Positions 48,992 to 63,328 of a stretch of 63,558 nt of DNA are shown piece after piece; the first letter of the stretch is position 1; every line of letters begins with the position of its first letter. The notes beneath the pieces were generated by a model. It saw only the letters and a list, made by a program, of their open reading frames with translations, did not search any database and was not told the origin of the DNA. This stretch comes from Octopus bimaculoides (taxonomy: Eukaryota). The stretch is from positions 54,608,344-54,671,901 of the forward strand of contig NC_068984.1 in NCBI RefSeq assembly GCF_001194135.2. The letters are read 5' to 3'. Both the position numbers and the translations under genes were made by a program.

Positions 48992-49463
48992 CATATTTCT
49001 ACATACATGCATATTTAAGAGAATGTGAGTTTATGGGAGAGAGAGAGAGATCTATATAATATAAACACAAGCACATACATATATGTGCGTGTGTACATCA
49101 ATGTCAATATATATTTCTACATACATATTGAGCCGAGTGAGTTAATGAGGGAGAGAGAAAGAGAGAGAGAGAGAAAGAAAGATGGAGAGAGAGAGAGATG
49201 TATATAATATAAATATAATCGTATGTATGTATCTATTTTTGTAGCTTGTATAATGATCTGAAACGTACGTATTAAATGCGATAAAACTATCAAAATTTAA
49301 AGTGAAGTATATTTGCCACTTAAATGTGGCTGACTCCTAAGGGTGGATGTTACTGTTGCTTTTAGCCCCAGGAGAACATCTCCTCCAGCTGGCTATCGAC
49401 ACACATCTGTGTCCTGTCTATATGTGCAAAGGGAAGTTATCTTTCCCATCTTGATCTGCGATA

Positions 49464-49508
49464 CGTACGGACTCGAGTTTCAGGGTAGTTTCCCTTCTTC
49501 AGCGTACG
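49464..49508 (-). ncRNA. Minimal type-I hammerhead ribozyme
   Basis: Minus strand: CGTACG-CTGAAGA-AGGG(AAACTA)CCCT-GAAA-CTCGAG-TC^CGTACG. Full core, 6-bp stem I, 4-bp stem II, palindromic mini stem III. Confidence 0.9.
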
Positions 49509-49682
49509 ACAATCGCCGATTGGCAAATATACTTCACTTTATCGTGCAGTTACTGTTAATACCTCGTTCAGAGATTTAATATTGCTTGTTTTCACTTTTT
49601 CGATATCAGTGAATAACTTCACTGGAAAAAGTCTTATATATTTTGCAAGGAAATATCTTTCGCATCGAAGATTGGTGATTGT

Positions 49683-49727
49683 CGTACGCTGAAGAAGGGA
49701 AACTACCCTGAAACTCGAGTCTGTACG
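49683..49727 (+). ncRNA. Minimal type-I hammerhead ribozyme
   Basis: CGTACG-CTGAAGA-AGGG(AAACTA)CCCT-GAAA-CTCGAG-TC^TGTACG. Same fold, with a G-U pair next to the predicted cleavage site after 49721. Confidence 0.88.
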
Positions 49728-50081
49728 TATCGCAGATCAAGATGGGAAAGATAACTTCCCTTTGCAAATATAGACAGGACGCAGATGTGTGTCGATAGCC
49801 AGCTGGAGGAGATGTTCTCCTGGGGCTAAAAGCAACAATAACATCCACCCTTAGGGGTCAGCTACATTTAAGTGGCAAATATACTTCACTTTATCGTGCA
49901 GTTACTGTTAATACCTCGTTCAGAGATTTAACGTTGCTTATCAATATTTAGTTTGACTTTATACAACTCTGAGACTTTACAAGCTAGCCACTTACTCCGT
50001 TTAAACGGATACTCTGGTTTCTTCTACTGGAACTAAGTCGGAAACCTGCATCACTTTTAACTATAACACGATAGATGCATA

Positions 50082-50157
<76 letters not shown>

Positions 50158-50399
50158 AGTATATATGCACACATATGTATATATATCTACATCTATATTA
50201 CCATATATAGTTATTGTATTTGTGAAATTAAAACTTTGTTACTACTTAAGAGATTCTCGAGTGTGGCCTACATAAATAAGTTCAGACGATTAAGACCTGA
50301 TATTTATAGAAAAATGTCATCTACTGAACTCATTAGGGAGAGTCTTGTGTGACTGACAATTTGAAGTTATACTACTGGGTCCAAGCTGTTGCAGGTATG

Positions 50400-50930
50400 T
50401 CTGTGCCGGTATAAGAGGTCGCAATGAAAACAGAGCAAAGCGCCCAGGCTAGATGTTGGGCATGGAGTCAACAATAACGTATTTATGCTATGCGACCTTC
50501 GATGGCAATAAAAATCCCACCAACCAACGAGATAAAAGGGTCATTCAAGCAGTGTTTACGAAAGCGTGTAGGGAATTATGATGAATTCAGTCTCTCAATG
50601 TCAAATCTTGTTCTAATATATAGCTCAAGATGCTGGCCAAATGATAAAAAGTGGCATGAATATATAAAAACTTTCCACGAGGGATATCTGAAAAAAAAAT
50701 CTACCGTATCATCTGGTTCAATAAAGATTCTGCTCTTTGAAATACAGTGCCGGTAGTTCAAATGGCAAGGCCACATATTCAGAAAGTACCAGACTAAAAT
50801 ATTAATGGAAGCGCATTAAAATTGACCCGGAAAAGCGAACATGTGGATAGCCAAAGAACTCATCGCATAAAACAGTCTGTCAAGAGAAATGCGTCTTACA
50901 TGGGGCAAAGTACAGAGTTGTTCTAGACCA
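50400..50930 (+). pseudogene. RTE-type LINE RT C-terminal remnant
   Basis: LIYSSRCWP..KTFHEGYLKK (cf. LLYGxETW..FHxRCLR), FKWQGHIFRK (cf. LRWxGHV), PGKRTCG*PK (cf. GKRxRGRPK). Confidence 0.55.
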
Positions 50931-51839
50931 ATCCAAATTGTATCGAATCGTCAAGCTCTTATTTAATAACTGGGAGGAGTGGAATTATTGCCAGTATGCT
51001 TATCCTTTCTGATTACATTGTGGTTGAAATAATGTCCGTGAAATGATCGTCAGATGCTTTTTAGTTTTTTAATTTTTAGACTTTCATAATATTTATACTC
51101 AATTACGCACACATTTTTATATGCATTTATATACACATGTATTTATATGTACATTTGTATTTTTTTATATATATTTATATTTTGTACATCTTAAATTTTA
51201 ATTTAATNNNNNNNNNNNNNNNNNNNNNNNNNNNNNNNNNNNNNNNNNNNNNNNNNNNNNNNNNNNNNNNNNNNNNNNNNNNNNNNNNNNNNNNNNNNNN
51301 NNNNNNNATATATAAACAAAATTCGAAAGGAGAAACAAACTCTAAGATGTAGAGCAGTATATATTAAAAATGGGGAAGGCTAGCTTATGAAATTACCTTA
51401 GGAGCCCACAAGATGGTGGCACAGCCGGAAGTCGATAGTCAATAGCAAAGGGAGATAATCCCTAATTCTTACCTTTGAATAACGAGGCATTTCCCTTTCC
51501 ATTTTTTCAAGAAGGCATGGGCCAACAAGCTTTTGGGATTTGGTGATACGCCATAAAGCTAAACCCTCTATGGCTGGAAACCCTAAGATAATCCCATGAA
51601 CCGGCCGTCCCCATTTTTAGTTATAAATATATATATGTGTGTATGTATATATGCATATTTATTTGTATATACATATATATATATGTGTATATATATGTGT
51701 GTGTGTATATATATATGTGTGTGTGTATATATATATATATGTGTGTGTGTATATATATGTGTGTTCTGACAATGGAAACCCTGATCTCGCGATCGTAAGT
51801 GCATCGATATGTTCACGCGCCTTTGCACACACGCGCGCG

Positions 51840-51896
<57 letters not shown>

Positions 51897-53190
51897 TCAT
51901 CCACTCGCACAGGCACCTACTCACGCATATGAAGGACATGAACGCTTGTATTGATGCGATACGTATTTTATAGTTTTGTCTTTAATATTGCTATGAGTAA
52001 AGAAAACAATAAATCAAAGGAAAGTATAGACTCCGAGTGAGACTATCTTCAATACTTCAGCAGATTGTAGGTTGTAATATTGTAAAACATATCAGACTAC
52101 TAGAATTTGAGATTGCTAGAACGGCGTCTTTAATAAAAACGAAAAGCAAATGTAACAAACAAACACAAAAAACACAGAAACGTAAACGTAAAATTACCTT
52201 TAAAACCAAAGATAAAACAGGTGTACTACTTGTGCATACCCTACATAGTACCCTCAGATGCAAACAGAAAAATATGTACATATATAATCAAGATACTCCA
52301 ACTGTAACAATATATCCATTCTACGACTGGAGAACTAAACACACGTTCTTCATATAACGGAAATGGTATTCAAATAAAGCAGCAAGCATTTCTTTAACCA
52401 AATGCTTAACAAACTGATCTAACACTTATGATGGCGCAACTGACACTGGCAATATTCCATCGAACATACTTCAAGAAGTAGTTCGTCGACCTATTTATCA
52501 TTGAATTAGTTTCATCAATATATTATGATTATTGTTGTTGTTATTTGACTTCTATCCATTTCTTTACTCTTCAACTACACATTATTAAATCGACATAAAA
52601 TTACCAGTTAATATATTCCAAAACAAATTAGAAGGTTCTAAATTCCGAAGTTGAATCTGTCGAATGGAACCTGTTCTACAAAATGTCATTTTGTTTTGGA
52701 TTTCTTTTTTTTTTTTTTGTAGTTCCTATATATAATATAGAAACATTTTATTGCATACACAGCCGTACCAAAGTTAAACGCTGTTCAGCTCACCATTACG
52801 ATGGAGAAATTCTCTCCGTCAAATAAGGACATTATTAACAATATTAACGGAATAACAATTTTTCTTGCCATTTTTGTTTGTCGTTGTGGTATATATATTC
52901 TTCCATAATTGATATATTGTTCGCCTTTCCCGCAAATGAAGTAAGTACATGAGAGTTCAAAGATTTATTTTTCTCACTCCTTTATCAGTAAGAGATTTAT
53001 TATATATTGATATAAAGTAAGATATTTCAATGTAATGTCACATCATAATATTGGATATGATTTCATTCATGCTACTACATGAAAAGTAAACTATGCTTCT
53101 CTCTTTGTGTCCACACACACGTTTGTATGACTGTGTTTATATGTTTGTGTGTGTGTATATATATATATATACATATACACACATATATAC

Positions 53191-53268
<78 letters not shown>

Positions 53269-53278
53269 GTATATATAT

Positions 53279-53575
53279 TTAGTTTCAGTCATTTGACTAC
53301 AACCTTTAGTTGAACAAATCGACTCCAGGAATTATTCTTTGTAAGCCTAGTACTTATTCTATCGGCTATTATGCCGGACCGCTTGGTTACGGGGACATAA
53401 ACACACCAACATCGGTTGGCAAGCGATGGTGGGGGCAAACACACACATACATATATATATACGACGGGCTTCTTTCAGTTTCCGTCTATTTAATCCACTC
53501 AAAAGGCTTTGGTAGGCACAAGGCTCTAGTAGAAAACACTTTCCCAAGGTGCCACGTATTGAACTCGGCACTGTG
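53279..53575 (-). mobile_element. SINE family B (5' head truncated)
   Basis: TTTCAGTCATTTGACT...CTTTCAGTTTCCGTCTA...AGTAGAAAACACTTTCCCAAGGTGCCACG homologous to 17384-17670 and 55225-55690. Confidence 0.85.
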
Positions 53576-53596
53576 TGAAAGTGGCACCTTGGACAG

Positions 53597-53719
53597 CACT
53601 AATAATAAATCAAAAAACATAAAATTATACATAAAAATAAGCATTTGACGGTTTTATGGATATTTCAAGAATTATAATGCTATGATGCTAGGTGTTTCCA
53701 TTATTTTGTCCAACCCCTG
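53597..53719 (-). mobile_element. Terminal ~120-bp fragment of the same Tc1 family as 534-1815
   Basis: Aligns to ~1703-1815, including TIR AGGTGTTTCCATTATTTTGTCCAACCCCTG followed by TA. Confidence 0.88.
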
Positions 53720-55224
53720 TATATATATACATATANNNNNNNNNNNNNNNNNNNNNNNNNNNNNNNNNNNNNNNNNNNNNNNNNNTATATATATGTTAGA
53801 GTTGCAAACCGAGGAAAATATCTTTTGCTGACGAAGTCTCAGTAGGACGAAGTGTGTCATTTGGATTTTTCTTTCCCAACTTAAAAAGTAGGTTTACTCC
53901 AATCTCCATTATTTGTACTTTGCAAAAAATTTTGCTATACTGGTAGTGATGGAGTTATTCCTTTTGCTCGTTACTTTGAGATTTTAAATGCTCGTTACTT
54001 TGAGATTTTAGATGTTTTCCTTATAAATTGCTTTGTGTGGATTTTCCCCATTAACAAGAATATTAGCCATAGCTTTTAGTCGCAGACGAATCCCCCCCAC
54101 TTTCTTCAAGCCCAAATAAATAATATAATCTCATTTATTACTTTGAGTCTCTTTGTCTTGTAAGGAATATAAAAGTAACATAAAGGTATCTGGTAAAGAA
54201 GGGGAACGAATTGGATATAGGCTACCTATGAATATAGACATGTTTTCTTCAACCTGTTTTCATTCGTTACGCACCAACGAGTCTTACCTTCAGGAACTAT
54301 TCCAAAAAATATTAAAAAAAAATATTAGCAAAGTATTACGGACCCCATTCCTTCTCTTTGCAGACGGTATCGACAGAGTTCATTTAATTTCACACATGAA
54401 ACGCGATGCATCAAGGTTACGATCATGTGATCTACATATTTCTGTATACTAATGAATAGTTCAATACGAGTTGTAATCCATAATCAAGCAGTTACGTAAT
54501 TTATATCACCTATCAGCTTTCACACTCCACTAAGTTTCTTCTAATAAGTGTTACATCCGCATAATTGCAGCTCTGCACGTTTTCTACGAATAGAAATCTC
54601 AACAATTTCATCCAAGTAGATCATGACAATTAGTTTCTTTCAACCTCATCAAAACACAATCAGTAAACATTAAGCTGTCTTGCACTAAATATCGTTTTTC
54701 ACTTGAACAACACTCAACCAAAAACAATTTAAAGGCGCTACAAATATTTTACCTTCACAATAAGGATTTTGAGTGGTGACCATTGCCCAAACTACATCCC
54801 AAAAGCTAAAGTTCTTTTTCTGAGTAGAAACTATTTCAACTCTTATTAGAATATTGACTCTCTACGGAGCTCAATGACATATGTATATACTGGTCACATG
54901 TATAACCACATCCAACTTCAAATATTTTAAGACTGTCCAACAAATCATGACTGACAGACTACAATCAATATCGCCTCAATCCTTGAATTGACACGCCTTC
55001 CCATGTCTCTCATTGTCACTAGTGACGCATGCTACACATTTGATTCAGTTGGGGGTTATAGTGTCAATATTAGCAAAGTATCAATTACATCAGCCATGCT
55101 CGGTATACAGTGATACCAACACACTCCATCTCTGATCAGTTCCTACAGAATATACGAAGATGAAAAGGTGAAAATGTAAAAATTCATGCATGCATGTATG
55201 TTTGTTATGTATGCATGTCTGTAT

Positions 55225-55690
<466 letters not shown>

Positions 55691-56454
55691 ATATATATCT
55701 GTATACATGTATGTAATATAAATATATGTTGCATGTCTGTCTGCATATGTGTATATGTACGTACTATGGAAGGATGGATATATATATATATATATATATA
55801 TNNNNNNNNNNNNNNNNNNNNNNNNNNNNNNNNNNNNNNNNNNNNNNNNNNNNNNNNNNNNNNNNNNNNNNNNNNNNNNNNNNNNNNNNNNNNNNNNNNN
55901 NNNNNNNNNNNNNNNNNNNNNNNNNNNNNNNNNNNNNNNNNNNNNNNNNNNNNNNNNNNNNNNNNNNNNNNNNNNNNNNNNNNNNNNNNNNNNNNNNNNN
56001 NNNNNNNNNNNNNNNNNNNNNNNNNNNNNNNNNNNNNNNNNNNNNNNNNNNNNNNNNNNNNNNNNNNNNNNNNNNNNNNNNNNNNNNNNNNNNNNNNNNN
56101 NNNNNNNNNNNNNNNNNNNNNNNNNNNNNNNNNNNNNNNNNNNNNNNNNNNNNNNNNNNNNNNNNNNNNNNNNNNNNNNNNNNNNNNNNNNNNNNNNNNN
56201 NNNNNNNNNNNNNNNNNNNNNNNNNNNNNNNNNNNNNNNNNNNNNNNNNNNNNNNNNNNNNNNNNNNNNNNNNNNNNNNNNNNNNNNNNNNNNNNNNNNN
56301 NNNNNNNNNNNNNNNNNNNNNNNNNNNNNNNNNNNNNNNNNNNNNNNNNNNNNNNNNNNNNNNNNNNNNNNNNNNNNNNNNNNNNNNNNNNNNNNNNNNN
56401 NNNNNNNNNNNNNNNNNNNNNNNNNNNNNNNNNNNNNNNNNNNNNNNNNNNNNN

Positions 56455-56655
56455 TATATATATATAATATGGATATATATATATATATATATAATATGGA
56501 TATATATATATATATATAATATGGATATATATATATATATATATATATGGATATATATATACATGTATATATATATGCATGGATATATATATACATACAT
56601 GTATATATATATATGTATATATATATATATACACATCCATATACATACATATATC
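56455..56655. repeat. AT-rich minisatellite ((AT)nAATATGG units)
   Basis: Three or more ATAATATGGATATATATATAT units beside a gap. Confidence 0.85.
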
Positions 56656-59099
56656 GATAGATAGTTAAACATACGTATATAAGAACATGCGAACAGCTTT
56701 TCCTTAAAAATGGTATCATATCTAAGTCACAGCTGTGTTCTGATTTGATGTTTTTATTATTATTTTTATACTTATTACCTTAGGTTTTGTGTTTAGTTAA
56801 AAAAAATAGTGTTCCTATTAAGTATAATACCTTTCTTCGCACGAAAGCATACATGCATTTTGTCTGAAGTACATTCAGACAACCAATGTAATATGAAATT
56901 TTCAATCTAAGCATGAAAGCTATGAGCTTCGTGGATAAACGTATTATCAGTAATTTTCTTATCAATTGACTGTACAATTACAATAAGGAACAATTACAAA
57001 TCATTTCAATAAAGAATATGGAGCAAGACTAGATATAAAAATATTTGTTGATAACACTACCATCCTATAAAGAATTGTACATACAAAAAAAAAAAAAAGG
57101 AAATAGATTATCGATGGAATGTTTTATATATAACAAATTATAAACCAGAAGTACACGTACAGATACATCATACGTTAGATGACATGTGAAAGTAACTGGA
57201 GCTGGCTGTAAAACTATTTTAACTCTTACGCACTCTTGTTCTTATCACAAAATGTAGCAACAATTGCAACACTATCGTCAATTCATTAAGAACTTGAGGC
57301 TGAGAATTTGTTTTAACTCTCAGTCGGATGTGCGCGCGCACACACACACATACATACATAATACATACATACATGCATACATATATATACGTTCACATAC
57401 ACACAATTTGTGTGTGTATGTTTATAAGTGTGTATATATTGTTCATATCATAAGAAAGGAATGCACATCTATGAAAAGGTAAACGTCAGAGAATGTGAGA
57501 AATATTCAAGAACCCCTTCATAAGGCCCATCGCCAAACAATTTATTTGCTGTCATGCGACTTGTGGTTTCTGTTCCGTCATTATAAGGCGCCCACACGAA
57601 TATTCCTGAACTTTGACAAAGAACGAAGTGGTAGACTTTCCGTACTTTTCATACCTGCCTGATATACATACATGCATACATACATACATTTTTGTAAATT
57701 TTCAACTCGTAGATGTTAATGACCATCACTCATAAATGGTCTTATTCCAGCTGTGAAAGACAATCAGTAATACGCATACTGAAATTTAAAGTCAATAACA
57801 GCTTTAACAACACTAACCTACAAAGCCGAGTAGTCCAGAGACAAGCAAGAGCAAGATCCTTGACGTCGCTGTAAAATGGATATTATTTCGGAATTTCTAT
57901 CTCATAGAGAGATTAGTAGGTCTCTCACTTTCAGCTGTTGGATGGCCATTACATTTACTCCCCCTTTGGCATACATACATACATACATACATACATACAT
58001 ACATACATACATACCTGCACACATACATGCACGCATACATGCATACATACATATATTAAAAACAACCTTATGATCGAGTTTGTCATTTTTTATTAAAAAT
58101 TTCTTCATTTTTACCTTAATCTTTTGTATTTAGTTTATAGGAATTGTGTTCCCAAATCAATTGTTTCATTAATGTTTCAAGATCTTCTCGGTATCATTAA
58201 ATAAGAGAAATGGTAATAATAGTATGACAGTATGTAGTTCGTGTACTTTGTAGTATATCGCAAAGGATTTTACTAATACCGTTATAACTGATACGATCAA
58301 CAAAATGGGATTTAACATGTGTGTGTGTATACACACACACACACACACAAACGCACGCACGCAACTGTTGAACTAGGTTCCAATGATCAAGCTTATGAAT
58401 CTTTAAGTTGCACACAGCCGAATCAAACTGATATTGAATAATAATATATATGCATACTAATATACATAGACAGAAACTTTTACACAGGCGCACACATAGC
58501 ACGCGTTATCCTCATCACTTTTGAGTGTTACTAGCCTCTGATTTGCATCAGTTCCCTTTGACTCATGAAGTCTAAAATGACCGCTCATTCCCACCAATGA
58601 TTAGCATTGTTTATTGAATATCATACAATACTGCTCAATTGTCTTTAAATGGGCAATGTTAAATATTTTGTGAATTCTTGCTCTAAGTTCCAAACATCGA
58701 TACATTTTTTTTTTCACAAATATTTGAAACTGGATTCTTTCGGTTGTAGTCTTTCTTTATTTTCTGCGAAATGTTTCAAATCATACAAAGAATTTTGGCT
58801 CTTTCCTAGCTAGAATTTTAAGCAATCACTATATCTGAGCTTCTGTTTTGAATTATTGCATTTAAACTGTAATTTTCAGTAGAACATTTGTTTCGGAAAT
58901 AGTTATTTCTATTTAAAGGTTCTATATTTGGCAACCCTATTCTCCGAAAAAAAAAACAAAACCCTTCGATATTTGGAGTGTATAATGAAAGGATGTATCC
59001 CCCCAAATTCTGATGAAAATATTTTAGTAATTTGTTTGTGTTTATTGATAACTTGTGTTCCAGTGGTATATAGATGAGCTGCCAAAATACATACTATAT

Positions 59100-59653
59100 A
59101 TTCTGAAACTTTTGCCACAGTTATGCTGCATTTGAGCTTTTCAAAGGATTGTGAAGAACCTTGATGCCTCCTCATTATAGAGAGGTATTTCATTGTTGCT
59201 ATCCTTTTTTTGTTGCCAAGAACCCAGCAGACTGGATCATCTGCTACGGTTTCTTATTGACTAGGATGACCGATTAAGCATTATATTGATTAGGAGCAGT
59301 TTCGTGAATGACTGCGGTCATTTTAGCGCTAATATTGAGCCCGAAAGCCTTGCAAACATCAGAGAAATGACCCATTAATAATTACTTTTTCATCTCATTG
59401 TATGTTGCTTTGTTGCAGTCATCTAAATGTAAGGTGTTTCTGATCAGAACAATTAATACTTTCGTTTCAAATAAGTCTCAATAAGTTAAATACTTTGCCT
59501 GAAGCTTGTTATTAGATATAGATAAGCTAGGCTATCATTGGAATATGTGAAAGATACAACAGTAAAGAACTTTGTGAATAAAGATGCAACGGTGTCTTCT
59601 TGTTTAACCCTATTTTCTACTTGGAATAATTCAGAGAATAAATTCTACTTGGA

Positions 59654-59691
<38 letters not shown>

Positions 59692-60863
59692 TGTGTGTGT
59701 CATAAGAATAAATTCTTAAACTCATGCCATCATCCAGAGAGTGTATGAGAATAATACACTCTACAAAGTGGTGTATATTGTTCTGAAACCCGATCCTAAT
59801 ATAATTAAAGAAATCGTCCACCACTACATTTTAACCGCTAATTGTGTCAAATGAATTAGTGAGATCGATAAAACTATGATATAGGGGAAGTTTTACTCTA
59901 CAATTCACTTGAATTTTGCGGCCTCAAAGATCATATCTACTCTTTTCCATTTTGTACTGAAGCCATACTGATATTCCGGTAGTATATGTTGTATGAGATC
60001 ATAAGTCAGCCAATTCAAAATAATTCAGATGTACGTTTTCCTGATAAAAGACAATAGAACTGCACATAATCCAATTTCTGGTAAAAGGCAGAGATTCTGA
60101 AGACATAAGTGAGATGACCGATCATATTAATCTCTCAAGTTTTTTTTTTTATACCTCCTAGTCCTTTAAAGCTAAAGGGACCTACCGAAGATCTGAAATC
60201 TTAATTCGTATTTCTCAAACTAGTTAGCTCCACAGCAGCCAAGGAACTCTATTCACTCCACGCCAACAAAATGTTTTGATAAGACTCAGGGATGCAGATC
60301 AGGAACTATCTTATAATAATGCGTGGGGGTCATAGAAATATTTGAGATGGTAAACGAATACGTTGTAGTATCACTACATTAGTGGTATTACATCGGACTC
60401 CTTTACAATCTGTAGTATTTCTATATTCCTGCGCACTATTACAAGATTGTTATTGATCTTATGTTGGTTTCTTCCACAGTTTAAACATGTTCTGTTAGTT
60501 TCTGGATACATTCATCACAAGCCTAGCGTGGTGGTAGTACCACTTTAGTTGCCGACTTCCCGACCATGTACCAGGATGAACTAGAATATATGTTACCAGT
60601 GGCATACAGAGTGAAGTGTGTCCGAGTGAAAAATTTAATATTGGAGAATCTTCCAACAATAAGGTATAAGCAGACATTCTTAAAGAGAGAAAGCTTCTCA
60701 AAAACAGCATTCTTAAACTACTATTAAAATTCAAACATGAAGAAGGAATTTATTGCCACAATACTTCTTATTGACAATACGTTGTACATAAAAATATAAT
60801 TAATTAATGATGAGCCGTCCAGAGAACAAATAAGCAAACTTAGCTGGACACCACGGTGATATC

Positions 60864-60940
<77 letters not shown>

Positions 60941-61363
60941 ACCCCACCACACATAAAGGTAAATGTGCTTGGTTTAACGTTTACGATCTCGAGATCCCGA
61001 TCATGCGGCAGGAGTTTCTATTCTAAGACTGAGAAGCACGTTGTACCTCTGAGCATGGTATTTCATTTCATGTTGCTCTAGTCTACTCAATTAGAAATGA
61101 ATACTAGCCGAGTGCTAGTGCAGTTCTCTCTTCCACCAGCTGTCATATCCTCGATGCCCCACTGGGTGAAAGGCAGCAGAGTTGTGACAGCGTTTTTGTC
61201 TGCCCGTGATCACTAGGCATTTAAAGCAACAAGCGAAAGCATGGTACAAGTAATCAGATCATACGTACATGCGTATAGTGGCCATGCTTTTAAGCATTAT
61301 TTGACACAGGACATTAAAGCTTCTTGCATTTTCGCCTGCCAGCTCATGTAAAACAATGGAGAG

Positions 61364-61431
<68 letters not shown>

Positions 61432-62030
61432 CTGTATGTATATGTGTATGTATATACAAATATACATTGGCACTAAGAGAGACTATAGTGAAGCAATTCA
61501 TCACCGATATTTTTGCACTTATGTGAAATTGTAAACCAAAAGAATGCTGGCTCAAACCCACTGCAGGTATTATAGAATACTTTTGCCAGTCGTGCAATGG
61601 ATTATTGTTCCAACATCTAGGACGATGCTGTATATACACGCAAATTTCTTGGTTCGCATCAAGAGAAGTGTCACTTGATTGATTAGCATTCAGTCACTAA
61701 CGAACATGCGAATGTGCTCTATCCTCTTGGCCTTTTGTAACACTACTATAATGGCCTCCGTTCCTCGAAGCTGGATGATCCCGTGCCGTCATCACTCAGG
61801 ATTCTCGAATCCGCTCACATTGCTATGTCCACTCCAGCCTTGTACTGACCTCTGTGCTCAGTCCTGTCTACCCAGGACACCGGCCTTCTAGAATATTCTA
61901 CCTGCTCATGTAATTCCTGCTGGTGTTGATCGACAGCAGTTTTAAATGGTACATTAACGATTTCAAGATCAACGATCTCTGGGAGCCTGTAAAGTTCATG
62001 GGCACTGCCTCCTCCGCAGCAAGTAAAAAA
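59100..62030 (-). mobile_element. RTE (BovB-like) LINE remnant, APE to RT, interrupted by microsatellites and a SINE
   Basis: Collinear minus-strand motifs: QYKAGVDIAM (~61800, APE), ILPEYQYGFS...VDMIF (~59970), LYHSFIDLTNSFDTI (~59870), FSDVCKAFGLNISAKMTAV (~59340). Confidence 0.78.
60960..61240 (+). mobile_element. Decayed tRNA-headed SINE (D-like)
   Basis: GTGCTTGGTTTAACG...GATCATGCGGCAGGAGTTTCTATTC head resembles 46695. Confidence 0.5.
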
Positions 62031-63050
62031 ATTCAATGAAAATATATGTTGTCTTTGAAAGATATCTGATTAATTTTTCACATTTTTCTCGTTCAACTCA
62101 CCTGTCTTTAGTTATGTTGGACTAGGCACATTTCCTGTAATTTTAATAAATTGACTAATGTATATAATTTGTTAATATACAAGGTAAACCTGCTAGAAAT
62201 AGCAGTTAAATCTTTTTTTAATAACGCACCCTACTCTCTGAAAAATTAATAGTAGATAGGATAGTGTGGTCTTAGACATGAAAGAAAGAAAAAAAAATAT
62301 GAAAAAAATTCCCCCATACATTGGTTGATCATAGCTAGATTGCCTTCAATTCATGGATTGATGAACGTGGCTTGGTCAGGAGTTAAATGTGAATTGATTT
62401 CTAATATTTCTAGTGTTCTAATATTCGGGACGATTTAAACAGGAAAAGCTTCAATCAGGTCACGTAATACCTCTCAGTCAGTGATTCATATGGAGCATTG
62501 AAACGAGTCGGACACTCATAATTAATAAATTCTGATTTAAACTTAGGAAAAACCATGGTGAAAGAACAAGAATTATATCGACGTAAACTCTGTTTACGTT
62601 TGTGTAATTAAGAGAAATGTGGTGAGCTAGGAGAACCATTAATGCATCAGAAAATGGTTTGTTCTTTTCTTCTTGTTCTTTTCCTGCGTTCAAATACCGT
62701 CATGACAAATTTTGCCGTTCATTGTTTCGGGGTCAATAGAATGATGTACCAGTCAGTTACTAGGATGGTAGTGTCGACTAACTCCATCCTCTTAAAAATT
62801 GTTGGCTTTGTAACTTAATGAAAAATCATTAATAACGTGAAGTTTAAAAATTTCCATAATATACATTTATCTGTATCTGTCTTCGTGTTCACACCTCTTG
62901 CAAACTTACCGTACATTTTCTTTTCTTTTCATGCTTTTTGTTTTTTCATTTCTTGTTTAAATTTTTCTTTAGTTACTCCATTATCAGTTTTGATGACGCC
63001 GACCTTCGTGTAATTCAACAGTGGCTCAACGGCATTTTTTATATACTACT

Positions 63051-63280
63051 CTAAGCTGTTTCGATACAGTCTAGGCAACTGATCAAACCTCTCCTACCGT
63101 TTCTTCTGGACAAGTACAGCCTATCAATGTCACTCTTGTGGTGGAAGGGTCCGTGTACTGTCAACATTTTTCTGGTCTTGGTAGCCATTTTCTTCATTTT
63201 TCTCTTTTGTCCTTTTATAATTCCCGCTCCTACCGAAGTGATGCTATCACCCACGTATAAGCTGCTTGAATTTTATTCCA
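63051..63280 (-). pseudogene. R4/Dong-like RT C-terminal fragment
   Basis: ORF KTRKMLTVHGPFHHKSDIDRLYLSRRNGRRGLISC matches the KTRKxxTxH..HPKSDVDRLYLPRxxGGRGL motif. Adjacent to an (ATT)n tract. Confidence 0.82.
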
Positions 63281-63289
63281 CCCAGTCAA

Positions 63290-63328
<39 letters not shown>

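Larger units (their letters stand above)
49298..49939. mobile_element. Inverted pair of Penelope-like pseudo-LTRs (223-bp arms 49298-49520 and 49671-49893)
   Basis: Arms are near-identical reverse complements, each with a hammerhead. The 150-bp spacer starts with a 59-bp direct copy (49521-49579) of 49873-49931. The Penelope assignment is inferred from the ribozyme type; no PLE ORF is present. Confidence 0.7.

Noticed and set aside
53828-53858. CTGACGAAGTCTCAGTAGGACGAAGTGTGTC, hammerhead-like
   Set aside because: GAAA is broken (GAAG) and the flanks do not form stem I.
54380-54900. Minus-strand IYLDEIV and LDAS resembling Gypsy RT/RNase H
   Set aside because: Two short motifs only, with no LTRs or convincing collinear support.
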